A model generated the notes under the pieces. That model ran no database searches. It was not told where the DNA came from and saw nothing but the letters and a program-made list of their open reading frames with translations. Source: a virus. From it: a stretch of 6,150 nt of DNA. Numbering within the stretch: position 1 is the stretch's first letter; each line of letters begins with the position of its first letter. Of this stretch, positions 1 to 4,568 are shown one piece after another. A program made the position numbers and the translations under genes. The stretch spans positions 1 through 6,150 of IMG/VR virus record IMGVR_UViG_3300031088_000007; one strand, 5' to 3'.

Positions 1-236
1 CGGTAGAAACCAAGGCCCGTCCTTCGGCGGTAAAAGCCCGTCCCTACGGGCGGTAGAAGCCAAGGCCCGTCCTTCGGCGGTAAAGGCCCGTCCCTACGGG
101 CGGTAGAAGCCAAGGCCCGTCCTTCGGCGGTAAAAGCCCGTCCCTACGGGCGGTAGAAACCAAAGCCCGTCCTTCGGCGGTAAAAGCCCGTCCCTACGGG
201 CGGTAGAAGCCAAGGCCCGTCCTTCGGCGGTAGAAC
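1..236. repeat. Tandem array of a 50-bp unit: 4 full copies plus a partial fifth, truncated by the window edge
   Basis: The unit cggtagaaaccaaggcccgtccttcggcggtaaaagcccgtccctacggg repeats at 1-50, 51-100, 101-150, 151-200 and 201-~236. Copies differ by A/G substitutions at unit positions 9, 14 and 35. Each unit is two related half-repeats of 27 and 23 bp, each carrying a short GC stem-loop (ccg-tcctt-cgg and gcccg-tcccta-cgggc). A 50-bp period is not a multiple of 3. Confidence 0.95.
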
Positions 237-257
237 ATAGGCCAGTCCTCGTTAACG

Positions 258-282
258 AAAAAAAGGGGCACGAAGCCCCTTT
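258..282 (-). terminator. Rho-independent terminator after the major coat gene
   Basis: The minus strand reads AAAGGGGC-TTCGT-GCCCCTTT and the trailing T-run totals seven. The GGGGC/GCCCC stem is extended by A:T pairs. It lies about 20 nt downstream of the coat gene stop, as with the gVIII terminator in Ff phages. Confidence 0.8.
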
Positions 283-301
283 AGTGATCCAGCAGGCCGA
301 T

Positions 302-427
302 TTAACGGACGACGCGACGGACCCAGCCGACAGCCGCGATAGCGACCACGACACCGATGATGACGACACCAGCACCACCGATATCGGTGACGGCTGTACC
401 TGCTGCAGTTTTGATGGCTTCCAACAT
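302..427 (-). CDS. Major coat protein (pVIII-like, class II Pf3/Xf style, no signal peptide), 41 aa
   Basis: Hand translation gives MLEAIKTAAGTAVTDIGGAGVVIIGVVVAIAAVGWVRRVVR. It has an acidic/amphipathic N-terminus, an IGG motif, a hydrophobic helix and a basic C-terminal WVRRVVR. GGGAG lies 9 nt upstream. The ATG overlaps the upstream stop (TAATG). A terminator follows. It is absent from the supplied ORF track, apparently because it is short. Confidence 0.85.
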   Translation of the reverse strand: MLEAIKTAAGTAVTDIGGAGVVIIGVVVAIAAVGWVRRVVR

Positions 428-678
428 TATTCAGAACTCCCTGAGTGGTTTTGAACTACATTTATTAAGGCCCGAACACCCCACGCTGTCGCCCATACAG
501 ACACGATCATCGCGGAAATATAAGACCCATCTTCGGCAGAAAGAGACAGCAGGCTGTTTGCCAATTCAGCCCCACTTTGGACAACGTATTGGCACGTTGA
601 CAAATCTGTAGCAGTCGGGTCGAGACGCAGCACCAAGGAACCGTCTGGCTGCTGGACCGCCCGAACGCAACTAGCCAT
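427..678 (-). CDS. Hypothetical 83-aa protein with a C-terminal hydrophobic helix (candidate minor virion or assembly protein, pVII/pIX position)
   Basis: The ORF sits between the ssb-like gene and the coat gene and is coupled at both ends by TAATG overlaps. It has a hydrophobic segment ISAMIVSVWATAWGVRALINVV. No family was recognised by eye. Confidence 0.55.
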   Translation of the reverse strand: MASCVRAVQQPDGSLVLRLDPTATDLSTCQYVVQSGAELANSLLSLSAEDGSYISAMIVSVWATAWGVRALINVVQNHSGSSE

Positions 679-983
679 TACGCGGCCTTGCGCTCAGCTT
701 CAGCGAAGCCGGTAATGGTGGTTTTGTATTCGCCTTGATACGGACGCAGTTCGATGGTCACGTCGAGGACGCAGGGGAACTTCACACCGGCGCACGACTG
801 GACGACAGCGGCGCTCTGGACAGGCATCTCGATCAGCTCGTAACCGAAGCCCTCGACGGTCATGCCGCCCATCTTGCCGGGCTGGATCGGAGCCAACGTA
901 AGCATGTTCATCATGTCGTAGGGATTCTTGCTCTCTTTGCCAATACCATGGCCGCGCTTGATTCCAGCACAAAACAATTTCAT
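678..983 (-). CDS. Putative ssDNA-binding protein (pV-like), 101 aa
   Basis: Size and position (upstream of the coat module) fit pV. A strong RBS, GAGGGGGA, lies about 5 nt before the ATG. The stretch GIGKESKNPYDMMNML loosely recalls the Ff pV RQGKPYSLNEQL region. The function is inferred mainly from synteny. Confidence 0.6.
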   Translation of the reverse strand: MKLFCAGIKRGHGIGKESKNPYDMMNMLTLAPIQPGKMGGMTVEGFGYELIEMPVQSAAVVQSCAGVKFPCVLDVTIELRPYQGEYKTTITGFAEAERKAA

Positions 984-1008
984 GGGTTCCCCCTCAGTAA
1001 TTTAGGAA

Positions 1009-1034
1009 TTTAGGTAAAAACTAATTTACCTAAA
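1009..1034. promoter_or_regulatory. Perfect 10-bp inverted repeat (operator candidate) in a divergent intergenic region
   Basis: tttaggtaaa (1009-1018), 6-nt spacer, tttacctaaa (1025-1034). An additional direct copy of aatttagg lies at 998-1005. The repeat sits between the minus-strand ssb-like start (983) and the plus-strand RHH-like start (1099). On the minus strand, TAAATT -10-like hexamers overlap it. Confidence 0.55.
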
Positions 1035-1098
1035 AAGTAATGCAGCGAGGCAAATACTAATTCGCCTAAACTACTACGTCCAGTTTTTTAGTTTCCGT

Positions 1099-1296
1099 AT
1101 GGCCATGAAGACAACCTCCACCCTGAACGTTTCACCCGGTTTGCATAAAATCGTGAAGGTTGGAGCAGCAGAAAACGGCTGGAAACTGGGAGAATATGCC
1201 GATGCGGTAATAGAAATTGGCCTAAAACATTTGCAGGAAGTTAAGGAATTGATGGATTCGAGAACTAATGTTTCCACCGATGCAATTGACAAATAA
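1099..1296 (+). CDS. Putative ribbon-helix-helix (Arc/CopG/MetJ-like) DNA-binding protein, 65 aa; the only plus-strand gene
   Basis: MAMKTTSTLNVSPGLHKIVKVGAAENGWKLGEYADAVIEIGLKHLQEV fits a beta-strand (STLNVS), helix A, G-containing turn and helix B pattern. The composition is charged and protein-like, whereas the antisense ORF 1074..1316 is Ser/Cys/Phe-rich. No clear Shine-Dalgarno was seen. The gene lies in a low-GC island. Confidence 0.5.
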   Translation: MAMKTTSTLNVSPGLHKIVKVGAAENGWKLGEYADAVIEIGLKHLQEVKELMDSRTNVSTDAIDK

Positions 1297-1302
1297 AGTG
1301 TC

Positions 1303-2427
1303 TCAAAATGGCACAATTTTTTGCAGATGATTGAAGTACCCAGCTTTGATCAGGCGCTTTGAGTCAGAGCCGGAGTCGAGCGCCTTGCATATCTCTTCGG
1401 GAGTGTTGCCCAATTTCAACAGGCTATGTACCAGAGAGCCGTACGAGTTGCGAGCGTTGAGCTTCATCTTTTCGATTTCGGCCTCAGTCTCCGTCAACCT
1501 CAAGGCAGGCCGGACCCCGTCAGCAAGCCCAATCACGCGAGCGCAGAACGGGTAAGCCCCGGCGAAGTACTCGTCACGCCGAAAGAGCATCGCGTACTGG
1601 TCACTATCCAAGTCGCGGTCAGCATTGGTATACCGCACCTCTGCACGCAGCCACTCAACCACAGACACGTCACCTACGCACCCGACAGACCCGTCGATCC
1701 TGTACGAGACGACATCTAGCTCGGTCTGGTCTTCCAGCCACTGAGCAGGCAGCTTGCCGAACTGCTCAAGCCCCTTCTCGTAAATGCAAATACGCTTGCT
1801 ACTGGATGGCGCACCAACGTACAAAGTCCTCCCCATGTTGCCGTATGACCCTTCGGAGCCGTGACGTTGACAGGAAGGCTTACGTCCCCCTGCTTTCAGC
1901 TGAAACTCACCAGCAGCCAATGCAGCCTCTGCATCATCGTAAGTGACCTCCCCGTAGTAGAAATCGAGCGCGTAGTCGATTCGGGTCAATCTTGCGCGCA
2001 CCTCAATTAGCATGTGCTGGACAAGCTCGACCCTGTAATCACACCATTGCTTGCAGGCAGCACCGGAGAAGGAAACGAAATTCCGCCCATGCGGAGCACC
2101 CCATGCCATCAAACCGATGTTCTCGCCGTTTTGCATCAGCTGAGCTGATTTTGGGTACCCTTGCCAACCGCGGGGTTGTTCACGGAATTGAAGATCGAGA
2201 GTGAACGATTCAGCATAACGTTGCAATTCGGCAACGGGTTGCATTGAAGTAAAAGAAAGGTAATCTATCTTGCATTTTTGGCTACTTTGAGCCTGAAAAA
2301 TGGCAATTTGGGGGGGGGAAACTAGGTTACCCCCCGTGTTACTAGACGGGGGGCCGAAGTTGGCGACTTCGGAAAGGTCGAGAGAATCGACGTCAAAATC
2401 TGAAAAACCGTCTACAATTCCGGTCAT
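1303..2427 (-). CDS. Rolling-circle replication initiator, Rep_trans type (CTXphi RstA / pT181 RepC-like family)
   Basis: Motifs read by eye: IDYLSFT, TRIDYALDF, TLYVGAPSSSKRICIYEKG and WLRAEVRY. The track start at 2433 is a TTG. I prefer the ATG at 2427 (MTGIVDGF...), which has AGGG 7 nt upstream. The CDS contains a C9 homopolymer. Confidence 0.8.
   Translation of the reverse strand: MTGIVDGFSDFDVDSLDLSEVANFGPPSSNTGGNLVSPPQIAIFQAQSSQKCKIDYLSFTSMQPVAELQRYAESFTLDLQFREQPRGWQGYPKSAQLMQNGENIGLMAWGAPHGRNFVSFSGAACKQWCDYRVELVQHMLIEVRARLTRIDYALDFYYGEVTYDDAEAALAAGEFQLKAGGRKPSCQRHGSEGSYGNMGRTLYVGAPSSSKRICIYEKGLEQFGKLPAQWLEDQTELDVVSYRIDGSVGCVGDVSVVEWLRAEVRYTNADRDLDSDQYAMLFRRDEYFAGAYPFCARVIGLADGVRPALRLTETEAEIEKMKLNARNSYGSLVHSLLKLGNTPEEICKALDSGSDSKRLIKAGYFNHLQKIVPF
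2300..2308. repeat. G9 (C9 on the coding strand) homopolymer inside the rep N-terminal region
   Basis: The plus strand reads tttgggggggggaaa. The coding strand reads GTT TCC CCC CCC CAA (VSPPQ). A complementary C6 run lies at 2320-2325. Confidence 0.9.
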
Positions 2428-2502
2428 TGGCAAGCCCTAAGCTATTTGTCAATCAACCCCGGGATGCGTCAACATCGCCGGGATTTTTCGTTTCTAAGGT
2501 TC

Positions 2503-2519
2503 CCGTCCCTGAGGGACGG
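2503..2519. promoter_or_regulatory. 7-bp stem / 3-nt loop hairpin in the rep-upstream intergenic region (origin element candidate)
   Basis: The sequence is ccgtccc-tga-gggacgg. The cccgtccct string (2502-2510) is the same 9-mer that forms the core of the 50-bp tandem array. Confidence 0.5.
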
Positions 2520-2531
2520 TCTGCATACACT

Positions 2532-2553
2532 GGGGAGGATGATCACCTACCCC
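2532..2553. promoter_or_regulatory. 22-bp imperfect dyad in the rep-upstream intergenic region
   Basis: ggggaggatgatcacctacccc has outer GGGG/CCCC arms. The core GG(A)TGATCACC is a perfect 10-bp palindrome apart from one extra A. Function unknown. Confidence 0.4.
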
Positions 2554-2633
2554 TAACTACCGACACGCACCAACACAAACGCTCACAATTGCTAGACTCA
2601 CCCGTCTGAGTGGTTTAGCAGGAAAGAGGTGTT

Positions 2634-2909
2634 TTAGCGTTTCCTCAACAAACGATCCCGCAGGATACGCTCGACCGCCTGACCCAGCGTCAAATCCTCT
2701 GCATCAGACTTTTTCCGATCCACGTAAGCACGGAGAGCGCAAGCGACCTCTTGGTCAAGATCGAGCGTCATGGTCTCAAGACCAGCAGCCGCTAACCGAG
2801 CACGATACGCAGCCATACGACTAGCACCAGTAGCAGCCTTGCCAGTGGCCGGACGCCCCCGACGCTTTGCAACGCCGGGCAGTTCCATTGTTACCTCATC
2901 CTTGCGCAT
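2634..2909 (-). CDS. Small basic putative DNA-binding regulator, 91 aa (N-terminal RGRP arm, possible C-terminal RHH-like fold)
   Basis: The N-terminus KRRGRPATGKAATGASRMAAYRARL is basic. The C-terminus MTLDLDQEVACALRAYVDRK...LTLGQAVERILRDRL fits a strand-helix-helix pattern. AGGGGGA precedes the ATG at 2909. An alternative start at 2888 (MELPG) is preceded by GAGG. Twin palindromes and a TATAAT box lie directly upstream. Confidence 0.6.
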   Translation of the reverse strand: MRKDEVTMELPGVAKRRGRPATGKAATGASRMAAYRARLAAAGLETMTLDLDQEVACALRAYVDRKKSDAEDLTLGQAVERILRDRLLRKR

Positions 2910-2932
2910 AATTCCCCCTATCCAATAAATCT

Positions 2933-2938
2933 ATTATA
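2933..2938 (-). promoter_or_regulatory. Consensus -10 box (TATAAT on the minus strand) upstream of the regulator gene
   Basis: Plus-strand attata at 2933-2938 reads TATAAT on the minus strand, about 24 nt upstream of the ATG at 2909. It abuts the proximal palindrome. No good -35 was found at 16-18 bp spacing. Confidence 0.5.
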
Positions 2939-2939
2939 C

Positions 2940-2951
2940 GTCACTTGTGAC
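2940..2951. promoter_or_regulatory. Operator candidate O1: perfect 12-bp palindrome GTCACTTGTGAC
   Basis: GTCAC-TT-GTGAC lies immediately upstream of the TATAAT box, in the promoter spacer position on the minus strand. Confidence 0.6.
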
Positions 2952-2970
2952 AGGAATACGGGTTTTATTT

Positions 2971-2984
2971 CGTCACTTGTGACG
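2971..2984. promoter_or_regulatory. Operator candidate O2: the same palindrome, extended to 14 bp (CGTCACTTGTGACG)
   Basis: This is an exact second copy of cgtcacttgtgac, 32 bp (about 3 helical turns) from O1. Confidence 0.6.
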
Positions 2985-3004
2985 GTTATTTTATGGGGAA
3001 GTTT

Positions 3005-3053
3005 GGACCCCCGGTCCTCGCGCCCGGCGGTGCGGGCGCGGTCCCTCGGGTCC
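3005..3053. other. GC-rich compound stem-loop just downstream of the zot-like stop
   Basis: The outer stem is ggaccc (3005-3010) with gggtcc (3048-3053). The inner 8-bp stem is cgcgcccg (3019-3026) with cgggcgcg (3033-3040), with a 6-nt loop. An alternative small hairpin is ggacc-ccc-ggtcc (3005-3017). No U-tract follows on the minus strand. Confidence 0.5.
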
Positions 3054-3054
3054 A

Positions 3055-4269
3055 CTATGGCGCAGCAGGAGCAGGAACCGTAGCAGTCCTGACATTAGGC
3101 CGATTAGGTGGCCCGGTTTCGGTATCAGCAGCAGGCCGCATAGGGCCAGAAAGCGTGTCAGGAGCCTCGTTAAAGGCGATGACCTGTGGCGCACCATAGT
3201 TCTGACGCAAAGGCACATCAGGCGTCGCCTGCAGTGTCTGAGCACTCCTATTGGCTGTCTGTTCGTCACGACGCGCAGGCTCAGGGTCAAAATCCATGAA
3301 CCGACCATTGCGCGCGATCGACATGCACATGTTGAAATCAATATCCATCGGCGTAGCCTGCTGCGTATAGCACTTACACCGGATCTCTTTGCCGGCGACA
3401 GAGACAGATCCGATCTGCACACACATCGCCGGCACAGGCACCCGCACAGGCACTGTCAAAGCGTCATATTTCGGCGCAGTCTCAGGAAGGGACACTACGC
3501 GAGGCGTCTGATTGAACATGTACTTTTTGGCGTCAGCAACCGGATCGACCTCATCTGGCGGTGAAGCCTGAGAAACGTTCGCCGTATCGACCACGTTCAC
3601 AGCACCGGGGCCGCCGAAATCAGCAGAGTGCTGGTCAGGTTCTTTCTCATAGCGAGACGCGTATTTCTTCATCACGAACCAGCCTGAGAAGATGACCAGG
3701 AGGACGAACCCAATCGCGAGGAAAATCTTGGCGGGGATGGCACGCTTGACGGTGTGGACTTCAGCACTCTTGTAGTAGCCGAACACCTCCTTTGGATATT
3801 TCCACTTGAACGGAATAGCGGACTTTTGCGCGGCCTGATTTTGGGGAGCGGGGTTACAAGCGGACCATTCGTAAATCGTCGCCCGGTTCATGCCGAACTT
3901 ACGAACAGCGTGGAAATGCTGCCCGACGAGCTGGCGAACAAAGTTGTCGACCAAGGAAGGATGCTGCGTGATCAGGTAAATGTCGATGCCCTTGTGCCGG
4001 TGCGTAGCAAGCTCGTCGTAATGAGCAGGGAGCTTGGCGCCATTGGGCTTCTTCGGGAACACAAATTGCGCCTCATCGAGAACGACGATGGACCCTGCAG
4101 GGCAATCCATCCATTCCTCGGGCTTTTCTAGAGCAGTCCAAGGAAGGTTCAAGTCCTTGATGTTGTTGTAGAAAACTTCGCGCTGTTCGAGCTCGGCTTT
4201 GCGCTTGATAAACCACAACGCGTAGAGAGTTTTGCCGTTACCCGGCAGGCCAGTAATCAGCGTAATCAT
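3055..4269 (-). CDS. zot: Zot / pI-like phage assembly ATPase, 404 aa
   Basis: The N-terminus MITLITGLPGNGKTLYALW carries a Walker A motif (GLPGNGKT), and IVVLDEAQ is a Walker B motif. A central TM helix is IFLAIGFVLLVIFSGWFVM. The C-terminal domain is Cys-containing with a Pro/Ala-rich tail. The start overlaps the upstream stop (ATGA). Confidence 0.9.
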   Translation of the reverse strand: MITLITGLPGNGKTLYALWFIKRKAELEQREVFYNNIKDLNLPWTALEKPEEWMDCPAGSIVVLDEAQFVFPKKPNGAKLPAHYDELATHRHKGIDIYLITQHPSLVDNFVRQLVGQHFHAVRKFGMNRATIYEWSACNPAPQNQAAQKSAIPFKWKYPKEVFGYYKSAEVHTVKRAIPAKIFLAIGFVLLVIFSGWFVMKKYASRYEKEPDQHSADFGGPGAVNVVDTANVSQASPPDEVDPVADAKKYMFNQTPRVVSLPETAPKYDALTVPVRVPVPAMCVQIGSVSVAGKEIRCKCYTQQATPMDIDFNMCMSIARNGRFMDFDPEPARRDEQTANRSAQTLQATPDVPLRQNYGAPQVIAFNEAPDTLSGPMRPAADTETGPPNRPNVRTATVPAPAAP

Positions 4270-4565
4270 TTAAGCACCATCTTTTTGAGCGTACCGCCAA
4301 GCGCACGCATCGTGAGGGAGACAGCAACGGCAGAAAACACCACGGACAGGGCCTTGTCCATCCAGAGGTAGCCGACGAGCTGGAGAGCATCAGCAGGCAT
4401 CCCACGGACACCACTGATTGCAGCGTCCTTGAGAAAACCGATACCAGTATCGATGCCCTTGTAGCTGACGAAGCCAACGCCGAGGGCGAGGATAGCGCGA
4501 CCGATCAAGGTAGCCATCGACGCGGCCAGCGCGCCCATGAGGGCAGGAATGAAGAGTGCAAACAT
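4266..4565 (-). CDS. pVI-like small integral membrane protein, 99 aa
   Basis: The protein has multiple hydrophobic helices (MFALFIPALMGALAASMATLIGRAILALGVGFV, ALSVVFSAVAVSLTM). It occupies the typical pVI/Ace position between the pIII-like and zot-like genes. AAGGG lies 6 nt upstream of the ATG. It may belong to the small membrane protein family found upstream of zot genes, which would need an HMM check. Confidence 0.7.
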   Translation of the reverse strand: MFALFIPALMGALAASMATLIGRAILALGVGFVSYKGIDTGIGFLKDAAISGVRGMPADALQLVGYLWMDKALSVVFSAVAVSLTMRALGGTLKKMVLK

Positions 4566-4568
4566 GAT

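Noticed and set aside
1-236. CRISPR array interpretation of the regularly spaced repeats
   Set aside because: The units are directly abutting with no unique spacers, and no cas genes are present. This is a plain tandem repeat.
94-378. 94-aa minus-strand ORF running through the repeat array and into the coat gene region
   Set aside because: The reading frame is held open by the repeat itself, giving reiterated GFYRRRTGLGFYRP-type text. It crosses the intrinsic terminator and overlaps the well-supported coat CDS in another frame.
357-611. 84-aa plus-strand ORF
   Set aside because: It is antisense to the coupled orf83/coat genes, has no RBS and has a low-complexity composition.
700-1013. ORFs 700..972 (-) and 735..1013 (+) overlapping the ssb-like gene
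   Set aside because: These are alternative-frame and antisense ORFs with Arg/His-rich composition typical of off-frame GC-rich sequence. The 678..983 frame has the strong RBS and the coupled stop/start.
1074-1316. 80-aa minus-strand ORF antisense to the RHH-like gene
   Set aside because: The Ser/Cys/Phe-rich sequence has no recognisable fold pattern and starts inside rep. The plus-strand frame looks like a real helix-rich DNA-binding protein. This remains the main alternative if the RHH call is wrong.
1331-2204. Plus-strand ORFs 1331..1555, 1426..1719 and 1992..2204 inside rep
   Set aside because: They are antisense to a CDS with clear Rep_trans motifs and are Arg/Pro/Ser-rich, as expected for the reverse frames of GC-rich genes.
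2444-2472. TTGACA (2452..2447) and TTGACG (2472..2467) -35-like hexamers on the minus strand upstream of rep
   Set aside because: No acceptable -10 lies at 16-18 bp spacing; the best is ACAAAT. I therefore do not call a dedicated rep promoter, and rep may be co-transcribed with the regulator.
2534-2541. GGAGG immediately followed by ATG on the plus strand
   Set aside because: There is no spacer between the SD and the ATG and no meaningful ORF. It is part of the 22-bp dyad.
2427-2609. 60-aa plus-strand ORF covering the rep-upstream intergenic region
   Set aside because: It starts at a TTG with no SD, is proline/threonine-rich, and spans hairpins and dyads better explained as origin or regulatory DNA.
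2602-2609. CCGTCTGA 8-mer resembling the core of the Neisseria DNA uptake sequence GCCGTCTGAA
   Set aside because: It is a single imperfect occurrence that matches no known DUS dialect over 10-12 nt. The overall G+C seems higher than Neisseria. A chance match is plausible.
2901-2928. dif-like XerC-arm match (cTTGCGCATAA versus the E. coli dif arm GGTGCGCATAA)
   Set aside because: Only the XerC-type arm matches, at 9 of 11 positions. The expected conserved XerD arm TTATGTTAAAT is not present at 6-8 nt spacing (about 5 of 11). The match is the reverse complement of the regulator start codon region. It is worth re-testing against the true host dif.
2991-3422. ORFs 2991..3422 (-) and 2993..3199 (+) over the zot-like 3' end
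   Set aside because: These are off-frame and antisense, Arg/Leu/Cys- or Gly/Ala-rich. The zot-like frame is continuous with a recognisable N-terminal domain.
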